Assembly (NCBI RefSeq): GCF_009914755.1
Contig: NC_060934.1
Direction: 5' to 3' (one strand)
Length of the DNA: 64,000 nucleotides
DNA from: the human T2T-CHM13v2.0 reference genome, Homo sapiens
The notes beneath the pieces are model-generated. The model worked only from the letters and a program-made list of their open reading frames with translations. It did no database searches and was not told where the DNA came from. The translations under genes and the position numbers were made by a program. Each line of letters begins with the position of its first letter. The stretch's first letter is position 1. Shown here in pieces: positions 40,600 through 54,949 of this stretch.

Positions 40600-43410
40600 G
40601 TTTGCCATGAGATATATTTGTAGGAGTAAAAATGTTGGCTTAAAAGACATGTAATTTTGAAAACAACAAAGATATTACCAGATTATTTCTCTGAAATGCT
40701 GTAATATTTCTGTTTTGTCAAGAATATTTAAAACTACTTTTTTCCTCTGCACTCCTACCAGGAAAATAAGTTTTCACTCTTTGTTTTGCCAACTGGATGG
40801 GTGAGCAAATTGTTACTTTAGTTATATTTTAACTTCCACTAACAAAAGTAAGTAACTTTTCATGTGTTTTTTGACTATTTGGATCATTACTTTTATAAAC
40901 TCTCATTGCATATTTTTAAACAGTTTCCCGACCCATGCCTAAATTCCCTAGCTTATCATTTAATACCATAAAAATATTAATAATAGCTATTTCAAAGGCA
41001 GTATTTGATCATTTCAATATTTGGATCTCCTATCTGCCTGACTTTACTATTTATTTTTTGCCTTGGTTTTTAGTCAAATCTTACCTTCTTGTTCATATGA
41101 TGTCACCATATAGGAGACAGGGCTAATGTGCAGCTCCCACTTGGATGGACAGAACAGTGTATGGAGACTCACACCGTAAACTTTTGCGCCAAGAACCACC
41201 ACAGGAACATAACAGGAAAACCAAAAGAATTCACAGATCATTTGAAAGAAGCAGCCCGCTGCTGCAAATTTCACAAGGTTACAGAGGGGGAAGCTTACAC
41301 CTTAGAGCAAGGTCCGAATGGAGCACTGCAGGAGTGAGACTGGCCTCACCAACTGCGTGGGAGCTGAGTGAGGTCTTACACTGCCAGCTATCCCCCACTT
41401 CTCTGGTGAAGTATATGACAAAGCAGAGGCAGCCACAATCCCCTCTGGAACATAATCCCTCACTGGCCTGAGAACCACTCCACATGCCCCACTGTAGCCG
41501 TGGCAAGCCCCGCCCAAAGAGAGTCTGAGCCCAGACCCACCTAACCCTGCCCCCAACTGACGGTATTTCTCTCCCTGTCCTGGTAGCCAAAAGCAAAGGA
41601 CATAAACTCCTGGGAACTTTATGGCCCTGCCCATCACGTGAGAAATCAGAATACTTACCCTGGCCAACTTAGGGCAAGCCTAGATCCTCTTACTACTAAC
41701 CCATCTGGTGCTTTCTTGAAAGCACCATCTTCTGGCTGGAGGCCAACCAACTCAGGCCATCACAGCAACTAATGACGGAATAACCGTGTTGCCAGGAAAG
41801 AGAAAATAATATCTAATTCCACTGCCTTCAAAATCCTGGCTAACCAGTGGTCCTGGGTCTGTGGACCTCATAACAACATTACTGCTAGCATAAACAGCAT
41901 TGAGAAAGCCAGCACACTAAACGTATCTACAACCAAGGACTCTCACAGTGAGAGTCTCCTTCACTCCCCTACCACCTCCACCAGAACGGGTACTGGTGTG
42001 TGCTGCTGGGAGTCATAAAGATGGATCACATCACAGAACTCTTTGCAGATATTCCCCAGCACCAACCCAGAGCCTGGTGGCCCCGCTGGGTGGCTACACC
42101 CCAAAGGGCATTAACAATCACTGCAGTCTGACTCTCAGGAAGCCCCATCCTTAGCGGGAGGGGGAGAAGAGCACATCAAGGCATCAACCTGTGGGACAAA
42201 AGAATCTGAACAGCAGGCCTTGAGTTCCAGACTTCCACTGAAATAGTCTACCCAAATGAGAAGGAACCAGAAAAGTAATTCTGGAAATATGACAAAACAG
42301 TGTTCTACAACACCTCCAAAAGATCACACTACCTCTCTGGCAATGGATCCAAACCAAGAAGAAATTTCTGAACTGCCGGATAAAGAATTAAGAATATTTA
42401 TTATGAAGTTACTCAAAGAGATACCAGAGAAAACTGTAAACCAACTTAAGGAAATTTAAAAACAACACAGGATATGGATGAAAAATTCTCCAGAGAAATA
42501 GACATCATAAAGAAAAAACAATCCCAAATTCTGGAAATAAAAGACAGATTTAGAGAAATACAAAATGCACTGCAAAATTTCAACAATATACTAGAACAAG
42601 TAGAAAAAAGAACTTCAGATTTTGAAGACAAGGCTTTCAAATGAACCCAACTGGACGAAAACAAAGAGAAAATAATTTGAAAAAATGAACAAAGTCTCCA
42701 AGAAATGTGGGATTATGTTAAACGGTTGAACCTAAGAATAACCGGTGTTTCTGAGGAAGAAGAGATATCTAAACATTTGGAAAACTTATCTGAGGGAATA
42801 ATTGAGGAAAACTTCCCTGGCCTTGCTAGAGATCTAGACATCCAAATACAAGAAGCTCAAAGAACACGTGGGAAATTCATTGCAAAAAGATCAGCTCCTA
42901 AGCACATAGTCATCAGGTTATCTAAAGAAGGAAAAACCCTTAAGAGCTGTGAGACAAAAGCATCAGGTAATCTACAAAGGAAAACCTATCAGATTAACAG
43001 CAGATTACCTAGCAGAAATTTTACAAGCCAGAAGCGTTTGGGGTCCTATCTTTAGCCTCCTTAAACAAAATAATTATCAGTCAAGAATTTTGTATCCACC
43101 AAAACTAAGCTTCATAAGTGAAGGAGAAATAAAGTCTTTTACAGATAAACAAATGCTGAGAGAATTCGCCACTACCAAGCCAGCACTGCTAGAAATGCTA
43201 AAAGGAGCCAAATCTTGAAACAAAACCTTTAAATACACCAAAATAGAACCTTTTTAAAGCACAAATCTCTCAGGGCCTATAAAACAATAACACAATGAAA
43301 AACAAGGTATTTAGGCAACAACTAGTATGATGAATAGAGCAGTACTTTACATGTCTATGCAAACATTGAATGTAAATGGCATAAATGCTCCACTTAAAAG
43401 ATACAAAATT

Positions 43411-43695
43411 GGCTCACCCCTGTAATCCCAGCACTTTGGGAGGCAGAGGCCAGCAGATCACCTGAGGTCAGGAGTTCGAGACCAGCCTAGCCAACACAGT
43501 GAAACCCCATCTCTACTAAAAATACAAAAATTAGCCAGGCATGATGGTGGGCACCTGTAATTCCAGCTACTTAGGGGCCGAGGCAGGAGAATCACTTGAA
43601 CTCAGGAGGTGGAGGTTGCAGTGAGCCAAGATCACACCACTCCAGCCTGGGTAACAGAGCAAGATTCCATCTCAAAATAAATAAATGAATAAAAA
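43411..43695 (+). mobile_element. AluSx-like, slightly 5'-truncated, inserted in L1PB ORF2
   Basis: ggctcacccctgtaatccc...gatcacctgaggtcaggagttcgagacc. L1 sequence (atacagaatggc) resumes after the tail. Confidence 0.93.
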
Positions 43696-43847
43696 ATACA
43701 GAATGGCAGAATGGATAAAAATCCACCAACCAAATATCTTAAACCAAGTACCTGCTGTCTTCAAGAACTCACCTAACACATAAGGACTCACATAAACTTA
43801 AGGTAAAGGAATGGAAGAAGATATTCCACTCAAATGGAAACCAAAAC

Positions 43848-44254
43848 TGTATTAGTCCATAACAAAATGCTTGCTATAAAGAACTACTGCAATAAAGAAC
43901 TAACTGAGACTGGATAATTTATGAAGAAAAAGGTTTAATTGACTCACAGTTCCAAAGGCTGTACAGAAGCATGACTGGGAGGCCTCAGGAAACTAACAGT
44001 CATGGTGGAAGGCAGAGGGAAGCAAGGACATCTTACCATGGCAGAGCAGGAGAGACAGAGTGTGAAGGGGGAAGTGCTACACATTTTCAAACAACCAGGT
44101 CTCATGAGAACTCTGTCTGGAGACAGCACTAGGGGGATGGTGCATTAGAAACCACCCCCATGATTCAGTCACCTCCCACCAGGTCCCTGCCCCAATATTG
44201 GAAATTATAATTCAACATGAGATTTGGGTGGGAATACAGGGTCAAACCATACCA
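43848..44254 (-). mobile_element. MSTA-like MaLR solo LTR inserted in the L1PB endonuclease region
   Basis: tgtattagtcc...gaggcctcaggaaact...ttcaacatgagatttggg...aaccatacca. L1 reads aatggaaaccaaaa|agcaagcaggagt across the insertion. Confidence 0.9.
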
Positions 44255-45870
44255 AAAAGCAAGCAGGAGTAGTTATTCTTATATAAGATAAAACAGATGT
44301 TAAAGCAACCACAGGGGGAAAAAAAAGACAAAGAGGGACGTTAGGATGACATTATACAATAATAAAAGGATTAATCCAACAGAAAAATACCACAATCCTA
44401 AGTATATATGCACCTAATACTACAGCTCCCACATTTATAAAACAATTACTACTAGACCTAAGAAATGAGATAGATGGCAACACAATAATAGCAGGGGATG
44501 TCAATACCTCACGGACAGCCCTAGGCAGGTCATCAAGACAGAAAGTCAACAAAGAAACAATGGACTTAAACTATACCCTAGAACAAAAGGAGTTAACAGA
44601 TATTTACAGAACATTCTACCCCAAAACTGCAGAATACACATTCTTTTCATCAGCACATGGAACATTCTCCAAGACAGACCATATGATAGGTCACAAAACA
44701 AGTCTTAGTAAAATTTAAGAAAACTGAAATTATATTCATTGAATATATAATTGTAGAAAACACAATCCTAAAATTCCCATGGAACACACACAAAATACCC
44801 TGCATAGCCAAAGCAAGACTAAGTAAAAAGAACAAATCTGGAGGCATCGCACTTCAAACTATACTACAAGGCTATAGCTACCAAAGCAGTGTGGTACTGG
44901 CATAAAAATAGGCACATAGACCAATGGAACAGCATAGAAAACCCAGAAATAAAGCCAAATACTTACATCCAACTGATCTTTGACAAAGCAAACTAAAACA
45001 TAAAGTGTGGAAAGGACAACAAATTCAACAAATGGTGCTGGGATAATTGACAAGCCACATGTAGAAAAATAAAACTGAATCCTCAACTCTCACCTTATAG
45101 AAAAAAACTCAGGATGGATCAGACTTAAATCTAAGACCTGAAGTCATAAAAATTCTAGAAGATAGCATCAGAAAGACTCTTCTAGACATCAGCTTAGGCA
45201 AAGAGTTCGTGTCTAAGGACCCAAAAGCAAATGAAACAAAAACAAAAATAGATAGTGCCTAATTAAACTTAAAAGCTTCTGCACAGAAAAGAAAATCAGC
45301 AGAGTTAGACAACCCACAGAGTGGGAGAAAATATTCAAAAACTATGTATCCAAAAAAGGACCAATATCCGGAATCTACAAGGAACTCAAAGAAATCAACA
45401 AGAAAAATCCAAATAATCCCATCGAAAAGTGTGCAATGGACATGAATAGACAATTCTCAAAAGAAGATATATAAATGGCCAACTAATATATGAAAAAATG
45501 TTCAACATCTCCAATTATCAGGGAAATGCAAATTAAAACCACAATGGGATACCACTTACTCCTGCAAGAGTGGCCATCATAAAAAAAAATTAAAAATAAT
45601 AGATGTTAGTATGGATGCGGTGAAAAGGGAACACTTTTACACTGCTGGTGGGAATGTAAACTAGAATAACCACTATGGAAAACAGTATGGAGATTCCTTA
45701 AAGATGTAAAAGTAAAACTACAATTTGATCCAGTAATCCCACTACTGGGTACTACCCAGAGAAAAAGAAGTCAATGTGTGAAGAAGACACTTGCAAACTC
45801 GTGTTCATAGCAGCAAAAATATGGAACCAGCCTAAATGCCCATCAACCAATAAGTGAATAAAGAAAATGT

Positions 45871-45922
45871 GAGAGATATATATATCTATATATCATATAT
45901 ATATAGATATATATATATATAT
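45871..45922. repeat. (TA)n-rich microsatellite inside L1PB
   Basis: Direct reading of the sequence. Confidence 0.9.
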
Positions 45923-46442
45923 GCCATGAAATACTACAAAATCATAAAACAGAATGAAATAATGGCATCCACAGCAACCTGAATGGAGTTGGAAACCATT
46001 ATTCTAAGTGAAGTAAATCGGGACTGGAAAACTGAATGTTGTATGTTCTCATAAGTAGGAGCTAAGCTATGAAGGCACAAATGCAAGAGAATAATAAAAT
46101 GGACTTTGGTGTCTTGTGGGGAAGGGTGGGAGGAAGGTGAGGGATAAAAGGGATACAACACTACACGTTGGGTACAGTGTACACTGCTTGGGTGACAGGT
46201 GTACCAAAATCTCAGAAATCACCACTAAAGATGTTATCTCTGTAACCAAAAACCACCTGTTCCCCCAAAACTACTGAAATAAAAAAATTAAAAAGAAAAA
46301 AAATAAAAGATAAGTAAATTTGTAATTAATTTCATATCATAATTTAATTGCATATTAGAATTTTACTAAATTAGTATCCATATCTGTACCTTATTCTCAC
46401 AAATCAAGCAAAAATCTCCTCCTCATCTCATTTTTAACAAAG

Positions 46443-46545
46443 AATATTTAATGATAACCTGCCTGTGAAATATTTAATGATAACCTGCCTATGAAATATT
46501 TAATGATAACCTGCCTGTGAAATATTTAATGATAACCTGCCCGTG
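46443..46545. repeat. 26-bp minisatellite, ~4 copies (aatatttaatgataacctgcctgtga)
   Basis: Copies start at 46443, 46469, 46495 and 46521 and differ by 0-2 bases. Confidence 0.96.
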
Positions 46546-46659
46546 CTACAGAAATGATGAACATAACAGTCACAGTTCCTGACCTGGTGGAACTTAAAAC
46601 CTAGTGAGAGAGGCATAAAACACGCAAATATTTTCGTAAACATTTAAAAATAGAATTGT

Positions 46660-46915
46660 GGGAAGGGTGGGAGGGGTACAAAAATATAGTTAGAAAAAAT
46701 GAATTACTATTTGATAGCACAACAGGGTGACTATAGTTAATAACAATTTAATTGTACATCTTAAAATAATTAAAAGAGTATAACTGAATTGTTTGTAACA
46801 TAAAAGGTAAGTGCTTGAAGCGATAAATAACCCCCTTCTCCATGGTGTGACTATTAGGCATTGCATGCATGTATCAAAACATCTGGTGTACCTCATAAAT
46901 ACATATACCTCCTAC
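46660..46915 (+). mobile_element. L1MA 3' UTR fragment
   Basis: tatttgatagcacaacagggtgactatagttaataacaatttaattgtaca, shared with the L1MA at 29.0 kb. Confidence 0.85.
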
Positions 46916-47500
46916 ACCTCTATGGCAAGTGCTGGAAAGAATAACACCATTTTAAAGCTAAAAGAGAGAGAGAGAGAGTAAAAGATTTAATGGATTATGA
47001 GAAAAAGGTAAAGACTCTGCTCATCACAGGCAGAAAGCGGTGATGAAAACTAAAAGTAACATCAACATTCTGTTTTTGCACAAGTAGTAAAAAATGCTCA
47101 TTTGTTATGAACACTCTAACTAAATGCTTTTCACATTTAATGTGATGACATGAAAGATCTACCTAAGGATGGCTTTGTAGAAACAGAAAAATCATTCCTA
47201 CCAATGCTCTCTAATCTCCCCACTCTCTAATGTTTTCTGCTATTACTATTATAAATTGCCAGGATGTGTGACTCCTTTCCTCAGACAATACCTCTTCTAA
47301 AACAATCTTTCTATATGAAGAGGAAAATGCATAACCCTTATTCATATTTTAACCAGTTGGTTCCTTTCCCATATTTGCCATCTCCTGACTTATATACTCT
47401 CTAGATTTGCATGTCTTCTGAAACACTAGTTCTAGAGGACCATGACTTTAACTTGCCAAAATTTCTGCACAGCACCTAGATAAACCTTACGTACTAAAGG

Positions 47501-49464
<1,964 letters not shown>

Positions 49465-51180
49465 TCAGATTCAAAAGGTTCTTCAAAGGGCATTTTAAAT
49501 TTGATGTTAGAATGAAGCGTGCCTTTGAAAAATTAACTTTTATACACAGATGTACCATTTGTTCTTGTTCTGAAGCAATATTGTATAAGAATAAAATAAT
49601 CTTCACTGAATTCTATTAAGACTATATAACATTCTAGACAACCGAAAAGGCTTTTTCCTGGAATTAGATATGGAACATTACAGAACATTTTTGTCTCCTT
49701 GGTTGCAGGGATACATCATATGTTAAGGCCAACACATTTATATCTCAAGAAAGTCATGAACCAAATCATCTGGAGTTGAGAAAGTTGTTTAAATGTGTCA
49801 GAGAAGGAATAAATTGTAGGCAAAATGTGGTGTAAAGATTAGCATGCAGGAGCTCATCTATGGCATTGGTAGTCTCCAGTGTTCATTTGTTTTAAAGATA
49901 AGTCTAATGTATTACAAATAGAAATCCAATGCCTTTAGCAGAGTAGATGCTGACAATCTAAAACTAAGCGAAACAAACCACCTCCAATAAACTCATCAGT
50001 CAATGATCATTATTCTTTCATTTTATCATCATATTCTCAGAAACACAGTTAATATTAATTCATGGAACAGCAGGAATCTGATGTTATAAGAATAAAAACA
50101 GAACCTGATTTTATAGGATACATTATTCACATAATAAAATGATGAAATGTTCAATACCCAAACCATGAACATGAGCTCAAAACTAGTCACTTGATGAAAT
50201 TTAAAAGAAAAAAAAAAGAGAAATAGTCTCTTCGTTCAGATATTTACTATTTCAGTAGGAAAAAAAGAAGAGAAAATATTGGCAAAGTATTTTAATGTAC
50301 TGTTTTAGGTCATTTGTTTTTGTATTTGGAGAGTGTATTTTGAAAGCTTGGATCCAATTGGTTGAAGCTTTGGAGTCATGAGGAATTCTTACATTTTTAA
50401 TCTGGAAAAGTTCCTCACAAAGGAGAGGATTTAATGTGGGCTTTGGAGTTCATATATGGTTGGACCAGAAGGAGTTTTCTAAAATGTTCATTATGTTCAC
50501 TTGTCAAATTGCCAAATTATCTCCTTGTTACTACAGGTCAGATAGTAATCCCAAATGGATTCAGTTTCTTCTTCAGCTTCCCCCAATTAAAATTAGCATA
50601 TGCAAACATCAAAATTATTTTTTAAATTTCATCAGAAGATAGATTTGTTGGTAATTTTATTAGTCTTATGATAAGCTAGAGTCAGAAATGGGCCCCTAAT
50701 GTCATTTATGCAACCCCACTGTTTTGCTTATGAAGAAACTGAAGCCCACAGGCATTTGAAGTCATACAGTTAGTGATCCAATTGGATGGAATCTATGGTT
50801 CTCTTATTCTTAGAGCAGGACTCTTTCCATCCTAGCACACATGTTCTCTAGCTCAAACTAGACAAAAATAAAAAATTTCATGCCGAGCCTTCCGGTCTAC
50901 GTTTCTCAGGCTCAAGTTTGATCTGCTTTTGAGAAACTATGCTGTTTTGAGATTTTCATGGGCAAAGATAGAAACAGATTAAGTAACTTTGCCTTACAGT
51001 CGTATATGATATTTCTCTTAAAACTTGATCTTTATATCTATGTCCCCATTAAATTCTAATAGAGTTGAGTCATAATTTTTAGAAATTACTTGTTTGAAGA
51101 TCCTCTGAGTCAATACAATGGATTGGGATTCAGAGGACTCATGGTATTATCATGTGTTGGTAACAACCTCTTCCCTCATA

Positions 51181-51266
51181 GTACTTACATAAGTAAGCAC
51201 TTACGTAAGTAAGCACTTACGTAAGTACTTACATAAGTAAGTACATAGTGATGTACTTACATCACT
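51181..51266. repeat. Short palindromic tandem array built on acttacRtaagt
   Basis: 16-bp period (acttacgtaagtaagc), four cores, followed by a 9-bp hairpin. Confidence 0.9.
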
Positions 51267-51879
51267 GAATCATAATGACTTTTCCAATATACCAAAAAAT
51301 AGCTAATCATTTCTTGTGACATGTCAGCATATGTTTGAGGGTGGAGGGTAGGATATGACTATGACCTAAGAAATGTTCACAGGCTTATGTTATATTCTTG
51401 GAAAAGATGTACTTTACTATCTCTATCTATTTTCATTCATACAGTGCTTAATTTTACTGGAGGCAAAAAAAAAAAAGGACAATGTGAGAAGAAGAGTTCA
51501 GCCATGCATTACTTTTTAAAAAAAGAAACTCTGGAAGATTTTTAAGAATAAGATGGCATGAATATTCCTGCTCTATGAAAGCAACAGAACTATTTTCTCT
51601 ATGACCTCTTATCTAAATTTTACCAGAAGCTTCTGAGGTTAAAGTCAAATTTTATAATTCATTATTTCTTATCCTTAATTGCAGAAATATTTATAAAATC
51701 TTGAGTCCAAGGCCATAATTTGGAAGTGTGCAGATGTAGCCCACCCTCATTTAAAGTTGATAAGAAAAAAATGAGTTAAAAAAATAGAGGTATCCCAAAT
51801 GACTATACTTCATTCCTCAATATTAAATAATAGACATATCCTCACCACTCTACTACAGTTCTGTTGGTTATGGGTGATT

Positions 51880-52510
51880 AATTCATTAAAATAAACAGAT
51901 ATATGTTGTGTCTTTGCCATGGCCCAGGCATGGTTCTCCTCATATGTTAGTGGGAAAAGACAGAAATAATGAAATAATTGTATCATATTGCAGGTGATGA
52001 TAAAAGAGAAGAAGAAAAATTAAGCAGGAAAAAGAATATGGAGAGTAAGGCGTCACATGGGTGCTTTTTTATATAAAGCAGTGGGGAAATAACTGTCTAA
52101 TAAGGTAATGTTTGAGCAGAGATTGGAAAAAAATGAGTCATATATATGCCTGGCAGAAGAGCATTCCAAGAAAGGAAAAGAAAAGCTCAAAGCCCATGAG
52201 GTGAGCAGGTGCTTAGCATGTTAAAGGAACAACAGAGGAGGCCAGGGTAGCTGAAGAAGAATGATTGACAGGGCTAGTGGTAGGAATTGAGGTTGGAAAG
52301 ATGATAGCAGTTACATCAAATTGGACTTTGGTTTTTACTCTAAGTGGAAAACCATTGGAGAGTTTTGAGCAGAGGGTTAACGAATATTTGATGCTGTATG
52401 CAGGATGGACTGCACCGGGACAAAAGGTAAAAACAGGGAAACAAGAGTCTGCTGAAGTGACCCACATGAGAAATATGGCAGCTTGGTCCAGGTGGTAGCT
52501 GATGAATGTG
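51880..52510 (-). mobile_element. L2
   Basis: attcattaaaataaacagatat; gaagagcattccaag; gaggaggccagggtagctgaag; ggaaaaccattggagagttttgagcagaggg. Confidence 0.8.
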
Positions 52511-53399
52511 TGGTCTTTTTTCTTTTTTAAATTTCAGCTCTTGAACATATTCAGTGGGCTCTTTCTAACCTCATAGATCCTACCTACTCAAGCAGCCTTC
52601 TCTCTGCTGAATCTAGCTAGCATCAAAAGATCACATAATATCTCATAAACATATAATTATTATTTGTTAATTAAAGATAATACATATTGTTTTAATTAAC
52701 AATAAAAAAGACCTTCTGGAGCTGGCCATATTCTCTTTCTAGCCTCAGGCTAGGTTGTCACTACTACACTGATGAGCATTGTTGCGGATCTACTGATTCT
52801 CAACTTTGTGTTCAAATATACAGAGGCTTCCCTAGGAAGGATGGTGAGGGCAAACTATTAAATTCTTTCTCTTCTCACTATGAGACACATTTCCCATTTA
52901 ACTCTGCTTGGGCCTCACATTGTAAGGTAGGGGTCTAGGCGGAAAAGTTTCTCCCAGAATGTGAGGGAAAGCCACTCATTCTTAGAGAGGTAGCTAAGGG
53001 TATATGTGGGAGACCACATTCCCACGGCTTTTTCCTCTCTTCCATCCTTTTAATCCACACTGGGTTAAAAAGGGTTGGCTTATTTTAACAGCCTTTGTGT
53101 CATGTCATTCTAGTATTTAGCAGCGAGACTTTGTCTGGATGTAACAGGCAAAAGAACTTTGGAGAAGTCTCTCTGGTTACCAAACTGATTGTCTTGCTAA
53201 AGAAGTCAAGTAGCTACTTTTCCTTATTTGAGGCAAAAAACTTGGGAGGTAGGCCTCGGAGACGGAAAGCTACAAGGAAACATGATTTAAGATCAAAATA
53301 CATCAATTTGTTGTTTGCTAAATATTATTCCTGGAACAGCTATGATAAATGCTGAATATTGGATCGGTGAAGAAAATGATAATTGTTCAATAAATGGTA

Positions 53400-53885
53400 T
53401 ATATTAGCTTCCTAGTGCTTCTATAACAAATTATAAAAAAAAACCTTATGGCTTAAAACAACATAAATTTATTCTCTTACAGTTCTACAGGTTAGAGATC
53501 CACAATTAGTCTCAATAAGCTAAACTCAAGTGTCCATAGGGCAGTGTCCATTTTGGAGATGCTAGGTTTCCATTTCCTTGCCTTTCACAGCTTTTAGAAC
53601 TTGGTGGCATTCCTTGGCTCATAGCTCCTTTACCACTTTCAAAGCACATGACTCCAACTTCTGCTTCTGTTACAATACAACCTTCTCTGACTTTGCCCCT
53701 CTTGTCTCCCTGTTACAAAGACCCATGATTCCACTGAGCAAAGCCAAATAATTTAGAATAATGTCCCATCTCAAGATCCTTAGCTTAATCACATCTGCAA
53801 AATTCCTTTCGCCATATAAGGCAACATATTCACAAGTTCAGGAGATTAGGGCCTAGACATCTTTGGGTGGGTTCTATTCATCACA
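53400..53885 (-). mobile_element. MLT1C-like MaLR LTR
   Basis: tattagcttcctagtgcttctataacaaatt...cccatctcaagatccttagcttaatcacatctgcaaa...ggagattaggg. Confidence 0.85.
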
Positions 53886-54218
53886 TGACGCAAGATAAAT
53901 TGCCTAACTTTCTTTCTCTTTCTCTCTTTTAACAGCCTTTGTGTCATATCATTGAATTGAAATTGATCCATCAATTGAAGTGTGAAGAATTGAAATTGAT
54001 CCATCAGTTGAAGTGTGAAGAATTGTCATCAATTCTTCAGATTGCCATTGATCCATCAATTTCAATTCTATGAATTTCTCAAAGTAAATTTTTAAATACA
54101 CAAATATATATTGAAGCTAATTTACTGCCATGATTGGTTGCTAATGATTGCTAATGATTGTGATTAGTGTGGGAAGTCTATAGACCTGATAGCTATGATT
54201 CTCTAAATTTATTTTACT

Positions 54219-54378
54219 ATATACACTAAATATAGTGTGTGTGTGTATATATATATAGAGAGATAGCAATATCTATATGTAGCAAAATATAGAAATATAT
54301 CTATATATACACACTATATATATAGCTCTCTCTATATATATAGTGTGTATATCTATACACACACACACACAAACACAC
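54219..54378. repeat. Compound TA/TG/CA microsatellite with an internal inverted repeat
   Basis: Direct reading. Perfect 21-bp arms at 54305-54325 and 54332-54352. Confidence 0.92.
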
Positions 54379-54543
54379 CTAATTGTATTTAAACTTCACA
54401 CTGTATACCTCAGTAAATTATGCAGAGATTAAAATTTGAATGTTAATTATGACAGCATCATTTATAAAATTTTTCTTCCAGGAAGGGTCATGACAGATAG
54501 GGTCCAAACATAACAGAAGTCTCCAGAACAATATAGCAACTCA

Positions 54544-54947
54544 TGTTGGTTAATGTTATGTGTCAACTTGCATGGGCCATGGTACCCAGACATGTGGTCA
54601 AACAATGTATTGAATATTTGTGTGAGGTTATTTTTGAATGAGATTAACTTTAAATTAGTGAAATTTTAATAAAGCAGATTGCCATCTATGATGTGGGTGG
54701 GTTTCATCCAATCAACAAGGGACTGAATACAACAAAAGACTGACCTCCCTGCTAGCAAGAGGCAACTCTGCCAGCTGATATTCTTCACGCTTGTACTGCA
54801 ACATCATCTCTATCCTGCCAGTCCTCTCTACAGATTTTGGAATTGCCAGTCTCCTTAATCATGTAAGCTAATTCCTTAAAATAAACCTCTTTCGATATAT
54901 ACATCCTGTTGGTTCTGTTTCTCTGAAGAATACAAAACTAACATACA
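54544..54947 (+). mobile_element. MLT2 (C/D-like) ERVL LTR
   Basis: tgttggttaatgttatgtgtcaacttg...atgtgggtggg...catccaatca...cctgttggttctgtttctctgaagaa. Confidence 0.85.
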
Positions 54948-54949
54948 AC

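Larger units (their letters stand above)
41105..46306 (+). mobile_element. L1PB-type LINE-1: 5'UTR, broken ORF1 (42256-43218), ORF2 with the RT domain deleted, 3'UTR and poly(A)
   Basis: ORF1p-like peptides (MRRNQKSNSGNMTKQ..., MWDYVKRLNLRITGV..., YKGKPIRLTAD...). The ORF2 endonuclease starts at ~43328 (LNVNG). The 3' end tacacgttgggtacagtgtacactgcttgggtga...aaccacctgttccccc is L1PB-like. Confidence 0.9.

Noticed and set aside
42256-43218. L1 ORF1p-like ORFs as a domesticated gene
   Set aside because: Split by frameshifts and stops into three pieces, which is ordinary decay.
46443-46545. 26-bp repeats as a CRISPR-like array
   Set aside because: Units are head-to-tail with no unique spacers, in a eukaryotic context with no cas genes.
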